Of a DNA stretch of 64,000 bases, positions 9,327 through 18,911 are shown in pieces. A model generated the notes under the pieces. It made no database searches. It was given only the letters and a program-made list of their open reading frames with translations, and was not told where the DNA came from. The position numbers and the translations under genes are program-made. This stretch comes from an uncultured Nitrospiraceae bacterium (GTDB lineage: Bacteria; Nitrospirota; Thermodesulfovibrionia; Thermodesulfovibrionales; Dissulfurispiraceae). The DNA lies in NCBI GenBank assembly GCA_963727805.1, contig CAVSHF010000005.1, positions 256,001 to 320,000 of the forward strand. The letters run 5' to 3'. How positions within the stretch are numbered: the stretch's first letter is position 1; every line of letters begins with the position of its first letter.

Positions 9327-10029
9327 CGATGAAGACACCTTTATCGAGTTGCTTGATGATACGTGCCTTTTCAGCAGCCCTGGCGTCATGCGTTACCATG
9401 ATGATGGTCTTGCCGATCTCCCTGTTCAGCCGCCCCATCAGGTCGAGTATCTCGGCAGCCGAAGCGCGGTCAAGATCACCTGTGGGCTCATCTGCAACGA
9501 GGATTGTGGGGTCAGTGATAACCGCGCGGGCGATCGCAACGCGTTGCTGCTGCCCTCCGGATAGCTGTCCCGGGTAATGGTCCATGCGGTCCGAGAGGTT
9601 GACTATACTGAGAGCCATTTCGACGTGATCCCGTCGCTCCTTCCTCGAAAGCTTCGTCAGGAGCAGTGGCAGTTCGACATTGCCAAATGCGGTGAGCACG
9701 GGAATAAGGTTGTAGAACTGGAATATGAATCCGACATTGACGGCCCGCCAACGGGCCAGGTCCGTCTCTGAAAGGACAGTGATATCGACGCCGCCAATGG
9801 TAATAGACCCGCTGTCGACACTGTCGATTCCGGCAAGGAGGTTAAGCAGCGTGCTCTTGCCCGACCCTGAGGGCCCCATGAGGGCGAGGAACTCCCCTTC
9901 TGCAATGTCGAAGGAGATATTCTCCAGAACCGGGACAATCTGGCTGCCACGGCGGTAGGACTTGCTCACGTTCTTTATCTCGACGATGGCACGCCGTGCT
10001 TTCTCCGGCATGACTGTGTCCCTCATCAC
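9313..10029 (-). CDS. ABC transporter ATP-binding protein
   Basis: GPSGSGKS, LSGGQQQRVAIARA, DEPTGDLD. Confidence 0.95.
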   Translation of the reverse strand: MMRDTVMPEKARRAIVEIKNVSKSYRRGSQIVPVLENISFDIAEGEFLALMGPSGSGKSTLLNLLAGIDSVDSGSITIGGVDITVLSETDLARWRAVNVGFIFQFYNLIPVLTAFGNVELPLLLTKLSRKERRDHVEMALSIVNLSDRMDHYPGQLSGGQQQRVAIARAVITDPTILVADEPTGDLDRASAAEILDLMGRLNREIGKTIIMVTHDARAAEKARIIKQLDKGVFIDVHS

Positions 10030-11246
10030 TTCTCTTCGGTTTGAATCTTCGACCCGTTATGGAGTTTAGCGGAGGGACTCAGGACAATCTTGTCCCCCGC
10101 TTTCGCGCCTTGCAAGATCTCAACCATATCCCCCATCTGTTTCCCTGTTGTGACGTTGACTTCTTTCACCCTGCCACCCTCAACTAAAAAAATCCTCTTC
10201 ACTCCGTCCTTCGTAATCAGTGCTGTCTGATTGATTGCGGTAAATGATTTCATTTCTTCAGTTGCGACCTCCCGCGAGAGAAAAGCGACTTTTGCGCTCA
10301 TCTCGGGAAGGATACGACTATCTCTATCGACAAAGCGTACCTTTACCATGACTGTCGCTTTTGACCGGTCCGCTGTCGGTACGATCATATGTACCTGCCC
10401 GCGAAAACGCGCATCGGGGAGTGCGTCAAGCTGGATTTCGCAGGGCTGTCCTGGCGTTACGTTCCTTATGTTCGATTCCGAAACGTCAACCTCTACGATA
10501 AGCGAATCCATGTCTGCCACCGTTACAACTGCAGACTGGACATTAGCGGTTGCGCCAATCGGCGTAACAATATCGCCGATGTCGGCGTTTTTGGTGAGCA
10601 CGACGGCATCAAACGGGGAGCGAAGAATAGTGTAATCTATCGATACCTCTGCGCCCTTAAGAGCAGAGGCGCTCGCTTTCACTGAGGATTCCGCAGCCGC
10701 GACGGCGGCCTTTGCGTTTTTATAGCGCGCATCAGAAGTATCGAAGTCGGCTTGTGCAATATAGCCCTTTTTTACCAACTGCTGATTTCTGTCGAACGCA
10801 AGCGTTGCATCCTGAAGGTTTGCTCTGGCGCTCTCGAGATTTGAGCGGGCCATACTCAGATTGGCTGTGGCCTGGTCCCTGAGAGACTTTACATCATCAC
10901 TTTCAAGGCGGGCAATAATATCATCCTTCTTTACCCGGCTTCCCTCCTCGACATTCAATTCGATGATGCGACCTGTGATCTTCGACGCAAGGGCTGCCTT
11001 TCGCTCGGCGACCACATAGCCGCTTGCGTTAAGAAGCGTAAAGGTCTGTGAAGGATAGGTTTGAGAGACAGAGGCGATCTGCACCTTGATTGCCGGGCTC
11101 AGGGCCCCGGTAAAAAAGAGAACCCCAATAAATACCACAATAGCAGTGGCGGCAACACCATAGATAATTTTTTTCCTGTTCTTCGCAGGCCCTTGAATAA
11201 CGGCTGATTTATCAATCTTTAATTTCGACAGATCTTCATTACTCAT
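10026..11246 (-). CDS. Efflux periplasmic adaptor (MacA/HlyD family)
   Basis: Single TM, lipoyl half-motifs (VEEGSRVKKDD; LRSPFDAVV), coiled-coil hairpin; likely start MSNEDL. Confidence 0.9.
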   Translation of the reverse strand: MSNEDLSKLKIDKSAVIQGPAKNRKKIIYGVAATAIVVFIGVLFFTGALSPAIKVQIASVSQTYPSQTFTLLNASGYVVAERKAALASKITGRIIELNVEEGSRVKKDDIIARLESDDVKSLRDQATANLSMARSNLESARANLQDATLAFDRNQQLVKKGYIAQADFDTSDARYKNAKAAVAAAESSVKASASALKGAEVSIDYTILRSPFDAVVLTKNADIGDIVTPIGATANVQSAVVTVADMDSLIVEVDVSESNIRNVTPGQPCEIQLDALPDARFRGQVHMIVPTADRSKATVMVKVRFVDRDSRILPEMSAKVAFLSREVATEEMKSFTAINQTALITKDGVKRIFLVEGGRVKEVNVTTGKQMGDMVEILQGAKAGDKIVLSPSAKLHNGSKIQTEEK

Positions 11247-11331
11247 TAAATACCTCATAAGGAATACCGGTGGTTGCAATATCGATAATTATAGCAGATT
11301 AGTGATTCAGCATTAAATAATAAGGTACTAT

Positions 11332-12012
11332 ATGATCGTGGATATTGTCAGATTTGCATTGATCCGGCCGGAATTAAGAGGATTATGGGATGGTCCTGCG
11401 TGGATGCATGCCGATATGCTGGAGCTTGCCCATTTCAGGCCGGAAGGCAGCAGGCATCGTCCAAAGACTTCCGTCAAACTTCTCTATACTGCTGAAGGTA
11501 TCTTCGGAATATTTCGTGTCGAGGACCGTTATGTACGATGCATGCACACGCGATATGGCGATCCTGTTTATAAGGACAGCTGTGTCGAATTCTTCGTCAG
11601 ACCAAAAGCGAACAAAGGATATTTCAACTTCGAATTCAACTGCGGTGGGGCATTCTTATGCGATTATATTACAAACCCTGAGAGGACCCCGGATGGTTTC
11701 AGGGAATTCGTCCCGATTCTGGAAGAGGAGGGAAGACACATCATCTTACACCATTCATTGCCCAGAGTTGTTGATCCTGAAATCAGAGACGCCATCACGT
11801 GGACACTGGAATTTTTTATCCCCATTGTTCTGCTCGAGAAATATGTCGGCGACATCGGCAATGTTGGTGGCAGCGAGTGGAAGGTGAACTTCTATAAATG
11901 TGGTGATGAAACTTCCCATCCGCACTGGGCCTCCTGGCAGCCTGTCCCAAGGCTCAACTTCCATATGCCGGAGTGCTTTGGGATAATCAGATTCGCACAG
12001 CGTGAGATTTAA
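11332..12012 (+). CDS. Carbohydrate-binding family 9-like (DOMON-like) protein
   Basis: DSCVEFF, YFNFEFN, W..NFYKCGD...HPHW.SW..V...NFH.PE.FG signature; no signal peptide. Confidence 0.8.
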   Translation: MIVDIVRFALIRPELRGLWDGPAWMHADMLELAHFRPEGSRHRPKTSVKLLYTAEGIFGIFRVEDRYVRCMHTRYGDPVYKDSCVEFFVRPKANKGYFNFEFNCGGAFLCDYITNPERTPDGFREFVPILEEEGRHIILHHSLPRVVDPEIRDAITWTLEFFIPIVLLEKYVGDIGNVGGSEWKVNFYKCGDETSHPHWASWQPVPRLNFHMPECFGIIRFAQREI

Positions 12013-12355
12013 TCGGACTGACTGAAACACGTTAACAGGATCATTCGGGGCCACCAAACCACACAGTTGCCAACTGGATCAAATTGTTCTTGATCAGCTA
12101 GATGTATGTTATGCCAGCCTACCTGCCCATATCTTGTCGCTTTATGAAGCCATCCTCCCAAAAGGAGTTAAGGACTTTTCCCGGCATACACACGGTTAAG
12201 AGCCGGTTGCGTTACTTTTGCGAACCACCCATCCGAAGCCGACTACTCCGAGAAATCTTTCTCTCCGGAATGAGAAAATTCAATTCTTTTTTGGATGCCC
12301 GATCAGTCGAGTAATGACCGTTTATACACCTCTTTTCTGCAATATCACGTTGGAG

Positions 12356-13477
12356 TCACTCAAAGATTGCATAGCGCTTTATTTTTTCGAGCCTCTTCCC
12401 TTTTACTCCCACGTCTTCAAGCCGGTTGATTGTGCTCTCTCTTCGCATCCTGATTATCCTTTTTACAGTGTCGGGACCTAGACCAGGGACTCTCAGCAGG
12501 GTCTCCTTCTCAGCCTTGTTAATCCGGACGGGGAAAAACTCGGGATGGAACTCGGCCCACAGTTCTTTGGGGTCCTTATCAAGGCTGAGATTACCGGTCT
12601 TATCGAGTAGGATATCTTCGGTATTGAACCCGTAGCGACGCATCAGGAAATCCACCTGGTACAGGCGGTGTTCACGCATAAATCGTTCCCCGGGGCTTGT
12701 GAGAAACTGTTTTTCGCCGTGTATGTCGGGATTCCCGAGACCTTTCTGATAAGCGGAGAAATAGATCCTCTTGAAATTGAGACTATTGTAAAGTGACGAC
12801 ATCGATTGCACGATCTCGCTATCGGTTTCATCAGATGCGCCGACAATGAATTGTGTGGTGCATTTCACCCGTGAAAACTTCATACCCCTGCCGGATAGCC
12901 TGCCCATCAGCTTGATCGGTCTGATGATATCTTTATCGTAGTCCTTTTTCTCAGAGAGCGCAGTGCAGTGTTTCTTGCCCGGCGTCTCGATATTTAGAGA
13001 GACAGCACTTGCGAGTGAAAGGGTCTCCTCGATTGCCGCATCGGATGCACCGGGAATGATCTTCAGGTGAATGTAGCCTCTGAACTGGTGCTTATTTCTC
13101 AGAATGCGGGCTACGGTATTTATTCTTTCCATGGTGTAATCAGGGGTCCCGATCACCCCGGAACTCAGGAAGAGACCGAAAACCCTTTCCCCTTTCAGAT
13201 ACTCCATGAATATGCGGGCGACTTCTTCAGGTTGGAGCGTGCAGCGCCGCAAGTCAGTATCGGAGCGTAAAGGGCAGTATAAACAATCGTTGGCACATGC
13301 ATTTGAAAGCAGTGTCTTAAGGAGGACGGAATGGCCTCCTTGCGGAAGGCTGACAGGATACAGCCACTTGTCATCCGCACCTCTTTTTCTTCGGTCATCA
13401 TTGCCGGTGCCACAGGCGCAGGCCAGATCATACTGGGAAGCCTGGGACAAAACTTTGAGTTTTTCGATGATATCCAT
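12356..13477 (-). CDS. Putative DNA modification/repair radical SAM protein with C-terminal helix-hairpin-helix (TIGR03916-like)
   Basis: CANDCLYC, GLFLSSG, YIHLKIIPGA, REHRLYQ.DFL.R.YGF, LLRVPGLG. Confidence 0.85.
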   Translation of the reverse strand: MDIIEKLKVLSQASQYDLACACGTGNDDRRKRGADDKWLYPVSLPQGGHSVLLKTLLSNACANDCLYCPLRSDTDLRRCTLQPEEVARIFMEYLKGERVFGLFLSSGVIGTPDYTMERINTVARILRNKHQFRGYIHLKIIPGASDAAIEETLSLASAVSLNIETPGKKHCTALSEKKDYDKDIIRPIKLMGRLSGRGMKFSRVKCTTQFIVGASDETDSEIVQSMSSLYNSLNFKRIYFSAYQKGLGNPDIHGEKQFLTSPGERFMREHRLYQVDFLMRRYGFNTEDILLDKTGNLSLDKDPKELWAEFHPEFFPVRINKAEKETLLRVPGLGPDTVKRIIRMRRESTINRLEDVGVKGKRLEKIKRYAIFE

Positions 13478-13668
13478 GAGTGATCTCTTTCAGCATTATA
13501 TCACAGAATTGAGCTTGCAAAAATGATCCACATTGTTTTGAGTTTTGCCTGTTCATTGTTATATTTGACTTAAGAAACGAATTTATCACTGATCGGTTTG
13601 GCCGATTGTTGGTGAATGTGGTAGCGCAGCCTGAGAAATGAAAAATCCCTATCATGCGGAGGAATGTT

Positions 13669-13848
13669 ATGAAGATCGAGCTTGACGGCACATTATTGAC
13701 AATGACCCCTGAGAATGACCGAGAGAAGAAAGAACTCAATCAATTATGGACCATTATCATCGGATGCATTAACGAGGGGAAGAAACTGGTACCTGTCGGC
13801 CAGTATTTGCCGGGCGTCAAGGAAGTTGCAACGTTCAATATAGAGTAA
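13669..13848 (+). CDS. Small conserved-looking hypothetical protein (59 aa)
   Basis: GGAGG RBS before ATG 13669; followed by a strong hairpin. Confidence 0.7.
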   Translation: MKIELDGTLLTMTPENDREKKELNQLWTIIIGCINEGKKLVPVGQYLPGVKEVATFNIE

Positions 13849-13860
13849 TATTTGTCACGA

Positions 13861-13899
13861 TTCCAACATAAGCGGGCTGAATGCCCGCTTATGTTGGAA
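13861..13899. terminator. 17-bp perfect inverted repeat between convergent genes
   Basis: TTCCAACATAAGCGGGC-tgaat-GCCCGCTTATGTTGGAA. Confidence 0.7.
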
Positions 13900-14028
13900 A
13901 GGCTTCGGAGCGCAACGGATATACTCATTCTTCTGATGTACTGGTCAACAAGATTGAACAACTAGGCTTGTGGTCATTTCCCACAGTAATATTCAATATA
14001 CCACCCTGTGGATTATTTGCGGAGCTAT

Positions 14029-14298
14029 TTATTGTTTCGCGATATCGGCTACTTCGTGGGCTGATTGGGAACACTGCTTCAGAAGGATATCTGTTACAGT
14101 CTTAAATTCGAACACACTTTTGCCCCTAAGGGCGTTGGCCACAACCCCAAGCTTAGCAAAAGGTTTGGCATAGGGGGTATCTGAAAAATCTTCGCACATT
14201 CTGACGATGGTATCGCAAATCATGGCAACATCTGTGTAAGGTGGATTGTGCAGAATTCCGGCGATGTCACGAATCGTCTTAAGCGGTGGTTTTTTCAT
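14029..14298 (-). CDS. Hypothetical protein (89 aa)
   Basis: ATG start with AGAGGG RBS; fills an intergenic gap co-oriented with the OFOR genes; no motif recognised. Confidence 0.55.
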   Translation of the reverse strand: MKKPPLKTIRDIAGILHNPPYTDVAMICDTIVRMCEDFSDTPYAKPFAKLGVVANALRGKSVFEFKTVTDILLKQCSQSAHEVADIAKQ

Positions 14299-14380
14299 GA
14301 GCCGGTTCCCTCTTTAAGCCTTGATTTCTCTTCTAGAATAGCAGGTACAACAGAGATTTTAAAAGGACATTCGTGCGCAG

Positions 14381-15238
14381 TTAATAAAAATCTTTAAAGA
14401 CAGCTTCCATCTTCGACATATCGACAGACTGTTTCTGTTTGACTAGAGGCAGCTCTTTAATCAGGGGGACCCTCTCATCGAAGGTCAGGCGAGAATTCCT
14501 ATAAATAATGCCAAGAGGTATGCGGTCTCCCCATTCCAGTGCCTTTTGGAACGCGCCGATCCTGTGCTCAGGATTGTAATCGGCTCCAACATGATATACC
14601 CGCTGTTTATACCATTCATATGTATTCACTTTATTAAAGCTTACACAGGGCTGGAATATATCGACTAACGAAAAGCCTTTATGAAGTATCGCCGCCTTGA
14701 TCATTGCTTTCAGATGCACCATGTCCCCTGAGAATGTACGCGCCACGAAGCTGCAATCCATTGCAACGGCAAGAGCCATGGGATTGAGGCTTTCGGAGAG
14801 AACGCCATATGGGAGGTTTTTGGGAGAAGTACCCTCGAGACTCGTGGGCGATGCCTGTCCCTTCGTAAGGCCGTAGATCTGGTTATCGTGGACGAAGAGT
14901 TTTACGTTGATGTTTCTTCTCATGGCGTGAAGCAGATGGTTGCCTCCTTCGCCGTAACAGTCCCCGTCGCCAGCAACAGCAATGACGATCTGTCCGCTGT
15001 TGACAAGTTTCAACGCCGTTGCGACAGGGAGCGTTCTGCCGTGAAGGCCGTTAAAAGTATTGCACTTCAGGTAGTGAGGAAACTTTCCTGCCTGGCCAAT
15101 TCCCGAGACAATCGTAAACTGGTGAGGTTCAAGCCCAAGTTCCACGACCGCCTCCTTGAAAGTCTTCAGAATGCTGAAGTTACCGCATCCCGGGCACCAT
15201 GCTGGCGTCCGACCTTTATAGTCTTCCAAAGAAGCCAT
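14381..15238 (-). CDS. korB: 2-oxoacid:ferredoxin oxidoreductase beta subunit
   Basis: WCPGCG, LHGR, GDGD...EGGNH, DNQIYGLTKGQASPT, QPCVSFN. Confidence 0.92.
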   Translation of the reverse strand: MASLEDYKGRTPAWCPGCGNFSILKTFKEAVVELGLEPHQFTIVSGIGQAGKFPHYLKCNTFNGLHGRTLPVATALKLVNSGQIVIAVAGDGDCYGEGGNHLLHAMRRNINVKLFVHDNQIYGLTKGQASPTSLEGTSPKNLPYGVLSESLNPMALAVAMDCSFVARTFSGDMVHLKAMIKAAILHKGFSLVDIFQPCVSFNKVNTYEWYKQRVYHVGADYNPEHRIGAFQKALEWGDRIPLGIIYRNSRLTFDERVPLIKELPLVKQKQSVDMSKMEAVFKDFY

Positions 15239-16940
15239 TGATCTCTCCTATAAGTTCTTCGAGAATGAAGGGCCTGCCATCGAAGCGGTTCAGCAGCCTG
15301 TTGAAGGCATACCCTGTTTCGGACTTCATCAGTCGGGCAAACTGGCCCGTGGCATTGTTTTCGAAGCATATGGTGAGTGACGCGTTGTTGAGGATCTCCA
15401 GATAGTTCAATTTTGCCGTGGATGGCAAGGGATAGATCTCGCTGAAATGGAGCATTGCAATGTTGTGGTCTCGGGCGAGCGAATCCACCACCTCTTTCAT
15501 CAGCCCATATGACGAACCCCATCCTGCGAGGACGATTTCCGGTCTTTCGCTTCCGTAAAGCAGGGGGGGCGCAATCTCCTTTCTGATCAGCGGCATCTTC
15601 CTGAACAATCTTTTGTCAACCATATTATTGCGTGTTTCAACGTCGTCTACGATATGCCCTTCCTCATCATGTTCGTCGCTGTCAGCGACGACGACATGCC
15701 GTGAATCGCCTGGCACACCTAAAGGAGAGACCCCAGTGTCCGTAAAGGCATAGCGCCGGTATTCCGGAAGACTCGAAAACGCCTGCCCTCGCAGCCTGTA
15801 GTCGTGATAGACGGTCTTCCGAAGATCGAAGCCATCGAAAGTCCACTGAGAATCACTCAGATATTGGTCGAAAAGTATAATAACTGGCACCTGGTATTTC
15901 TCGGCGAGATCGAATGCCTTGTTGGTTAAGTAAAAGGCCTGTTCAGGGGTGCCGGGGGCGAGGATCACCCGCGGGAATTCTCCATGGGCGGTATAGAGAG
16001 CGAACTGAAGATCTCCCTGGTCTGTCCGCGTAGGTAAGCCTGTTGCCGGAGCGGGCCTCTGTCCCAAAGCGATTACAATGGGGGTTTCAGTCATTGCTGC
16101 AAGTGAGAGCCCTTCAACCATCAGTGCAAACCCTCCGCCGGCTGTTCCGGTCATGGCCCTGACGCCGCCGAACGAGGCGCCGAGTGCCATATTGATTGCT
16201 GCTATCTCGTCTTCGGCCTGCTCTACAATAATACCGAATTCCTCGGCCCGGGAGGAAATATAGTTCATGATCCCAGTGGAAGGAGTCATAGGATAGGCGG
16301 CATAGAATTTCACTCCTGAGGCAATCGCTCCCAAGGCTATCGCCTCGGTACCACCGATAAGCATCTTCGGTCGCGATAACGGAGAGGCGGTCAATGAGTA
16401 GCTCGCGCAATTCTTGGTCGCATAAGCGTGACCAGCTGCTGCTGCATCTATATTCGATTTAATTATGCCCTCGCCCTTCTTTTTAAATGCCTCCCTTATG
16501 ACCGTGAAAAGATTTTCAATATCCATCCCGATGATACCGATGGCGGCACCAGTGGCGACAGTATTTTCTACAAGCACACTGCCGGTGTGTTCAAGAGCGA
16601 GGTGTGCAAAAGGAATATCCAGGAATTGGGGACCATCATGTTTTTCCTTCAATGTCTCCGAATCATAAACGATTCGTCCCCCTTCGGCAACTTCTGTCGC
16701 ATGGCGGCTGATCGTTTCTTTATCGAGGGCTATGACGATGTCCATTCTCTCCCTTGACGACATGACCGGTCGATCTGAAAATCGAAGTTGATAAAAGTTG
16801 TGGCCACCCCGAATACGGGATTCATAATCCTGATGGGAAAAGACATAGTAGCCAGATCTGGCCAATACCCTTGTCAGAGCATCGCCGATAGTTTGCATAC
16901 CCTGGCCTGCAGCCCCGCCGATTTTTATTGAATAATCCAG
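15216..16940 (-). CDS. korA: 2-oxoacid:ferredoxin oxidoreductase alpha subunit (gamma-alpha fusion); probable CTG start
   Basis: DYSIKIGGAAGQG N-terminus lies upstream of the first ATG (16898); YESRIRGGH, YPMTP, EDEIAA. Confidence 0.9.
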   Translation of the reverse strand: MDYSIKIGGAAGQGMQTIGDALTRVLARSGYYVFSHQDYESRIRGGHNFYQLRFSDRPVMSSRERMDIVIALDKETISRHATEVAEGGRIVYDSETLKEKHDGPQFLDIPFAHLALEHTGSVLVENTVATGAAIGIIGMDIENLFTVIREAFKKKGEGIIKSNIDAAAAGHAYATKNCASYSLTASPLSRPKMLIGGTEAIALGAIASGVKFYAAYPMTPSTGIMNYISSRAEEFGIIVEQAEDEIAAINMALGASFGGVRAMTGTAGGGFALMVEGLSLAAMTETPIVIALGQRPAPATGLPTRTDQGDLQFALYTAHGEFPRVILAPGTPEQAFYLTNKAFDLAEKYQVPVIILFDQYLSDSQWTFDGFDLRKTVYHDYRLRGQAFSSLPEYRRYAFTDTGVSPLGVPGDSRHVVVADSDEHDEEGHIVDDVETRNNMVDKRLFRKMPLIRKEIAPPLLYGSERPEIVLAGWGSSYGLMKEVVDSLARDHNIAMLHFSEIYPLPSTAKLNYLEILNNASLTICFENNATGQFARLMKSETGYAFNRLLNRFDGRPFILEELIGEINGFFGRL

Positions 16941-17092
16941 GAGATTGTCATCCCTTTCGTTAGTGCCATGAGAGTCTCAAGATAAATATAGTCATAAAAA
17001 AATGTCAACGCAAGAGCAGAATTTAGCTTATGTGAAAGGAGATTTGAGGGCGCCTGTCTGAGCCTTTACTTTCGCGGAAAAAGTGTGAACTA

Positions 17093-17872
17093 TTATGCGT
17101 GGCTCATCGCGGGATAGAGACTCGGGGTTGGCCTGTCGTATACAACCTTGTTGCGTCCCGATCTTTTGGCAGAAAAGAGGGCGTTATCGGCGCGGAGAAC
17201 CATATCCATCGAGTCCGCATCCATGGGCGTAATAGTGGCAATTCCTATGCTAATGGACATCTTAATTTTAGACGTTTTATGCAAAAAAATGCTCTCGGCA
17301 AGCTTCTGGCGCAGCCGGTTAAGGGGTAGAGAGGCCTGGCTTCCTGCCGTATCGGGAAGCAGGATCAGAAATTCCTCACCACCATACCTTACGACGACAT
17401 CGCATTCTCTCAGTCCCGACTTAAGCGTTGTTGCAATATGAGTCAATACTTTGTCACCAATGATATGACCATAAGTATCGTTAATATTCTTGAAATGGTC
17501 GGCGTCAACCATTGCAACCGAAAACGTGGAGCCATTTCTCTTCGCCCTGGAGAACTCCTCGTTCAGTCGGATCAAGCCCGCACGACGGTTATAAACCTTA
17601 GTAAGTTCATCATAGAGATAGTCATTCTGTAACGAAGCATATGATAAAGAAAGTGTCGATTCGGTTTTGCGTACAAAATAGCCGTTGATGAAGAAAAAGT
17701 TGGCTGCACAAAGAAGAAATCCACCAAGTGCCGTGATTATAGCAATCTTTGACGTGTCCACGCCGAGACCGAGAAGGATAAAGGGGATGATCAGAGTCAA
17801 CACAAGCATGTTAACTAAGATCATGCGTTTTAAGTATTTAGCAAGGTCATTTATTACTGTTGTAAACCCCAT
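17093..17872 (-). CDS. Membrane-anchored diguanylate cyclase
   Basis: Two N-terminal TMs; DELT..YNRR, DADHFK.IND.YGH, RECD I-site, GGEEF. Confidence 0.92.
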   Translation of the reverse strand: MGFTTVINDLAKYLKRMILVNMLVLTLIIPFILLGLGVDTSKIAIITALGGFLLCAANFFFINGYFVRKTESTLSLSYASLQNDYLYDELTKVYNRRAGLIRLNEEFSRAKRNGSTFSVAMVDADHFKNINDTYGHIIGDKVLTHIATTLKSGLRECDVVVRYGGEEFLILLPDTAGSQASLPLNRLRQKLAESIFLHKTSKIKMSISIGIATITPMDADSMDMVLRADNALFSAKRSGRNKVVYDRPTPSLYPAMSHA

Positions 17873-17906
17873 ATGCCCTCCATGTTTCTTGTTCGAGGGT
17901 TAAAGA

Positions 17907-17923
17907 AGCAAAAAATGTACCAA
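17907..17923 (-). promoter_or_regulatory. Sigma54 (-24/-12) promoter of the diguanylate cyclase
   Basis: TTGGTACATTTTTTGCT on the minus strand, exact GG-N10-GC spacing. Confidence 0.7.
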
Positions 17924-18120
17924 AATAAAATGAGTTTGAAATATAACGATTAATTAACTATGAAGGAAGAAAGAGGGTTAGGAAGTGTCATTTTATTGGC
18001 ATTATTTTCCGCGTGCAGGCAAAAATTTCCGGCAGCACCGAATGCTGGGGAGGCGGCTGCTCGGGTGCGCTCTCTGTTCCAGTATTGTACAGGCTGCTAC
18101 TGAGAACCGCCTCCCACGTA

Positions 18121-18807
18121 TCAAATCACAAATTTTCCGCCCATAGCCAAGTCTTCGAGGACGTTTCTGTCGAGGAGTTTTAGCTTTCTCCCCTGTACGG
18201 AGATTATTCCCTGGCTGCTCATTTTCCCCAGGATGCGAGAGAGCGTCTCGGGTATCGTGCCTAAAAGACTAGCGAGCTGCCCCTTGGTAATGTCGAGTTC
18301 GACCTCAGCTGCGCTGTCATTTTCCTCGCTAAGGTAAAGGACATATGCCGCCAGCCTGCCGGGCACCTCTTTCAATGAAAGCTCTTCCACAAGGCGGGTG
18401 AGTTGCCTGAGGCGGTGTGAAAGTTCGGCGAGCATATTCATGGCTAGTGAGGGATCTTTTCGAATAAGGTCAAGAAAGGCAGCCCTCGGGAAGAAGAATA
18501 TCCGACTTTTCTCGATGGTTTCAGCGTTGGCCGGAAAGTGGCCGCCGGCGAACATCGGGACCTCTCCAAAGGACTCTCCAGCACCGACAATGTGCAGTAT
18601 CTGTTCCTTTCCATCCGGAGAAAGCTTGAATATCTTGACCTTGCCCTGAACAAGGACAAAGAAGCCTTCGGCAGTTTCACTTTCAGACAGCACCGTCTGA
18701 CCACGATCGAAGGTTTGGTCCGCCATGGTGGTGACAATCTCCTCAAGCTGCTCCCTTGGGAGGCCGTGGAAGAGAGGAATTTTGTTGACCATCTGCAGAA
18801 GTTCCAT
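18121..18807 (-). CDS. Crp/Fnr family transcriptional regulator (HcpR/Dnr-like)
   Basis: cNMP-binding domain (GKEQILHI...FGE), HTH LASLLGTIPETLSR; no FNR cysteine cluster. Confidence 0.92.
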   Translation of the reverse strand: MELLQMVNKIPLFHGLPREQLEEIVTTMADQTFDRGQTVLSESETAEGFFVLVQGKVKIFKLSPDGKEQILHIVGAGESFGEVPMFAGGHFPANAETIEKSRIFFFPRAAFLDLIRKDPSLAMNMLAELSHRLRQLTRLVEELSLKEVPGRLAAYVLYLSEENDSAAEVELDITKGQLASLLGTIPETLSRILGKMSSQGIISVQGRKLKLLDRNVLEDLAMGGKFVI

Positions 18808-18828
18808 TTGTCTTTAATACCAGTTTTT

Positions 18829-18842
18829 TTGATTTAAGTCAA
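18829..18842 (+). promoter_or_regulatory. Fnr/HcpR-type binding box 1
   Basis: TTGAT-TTAA-GTCAA between the divergent regulator and target; TAAACT -10 at 18866-18871. Confidence 0.75.
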
Positions 18843-18911
18843 AGGATATTTTCAGACAAGCGAGATAAACTAAAAATATAAAATAGTATTTTTTAGTGAG
18901 GGAGGTCTTTT

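Noticed and set aside
12013..12355. Possible riboswitch or small ORFs in the gap between convergent genes
   Set aside because: No riboswitch consensus recognised, the position between two 3' ends is unsuitable, and the ORFs lack RBS and motifs
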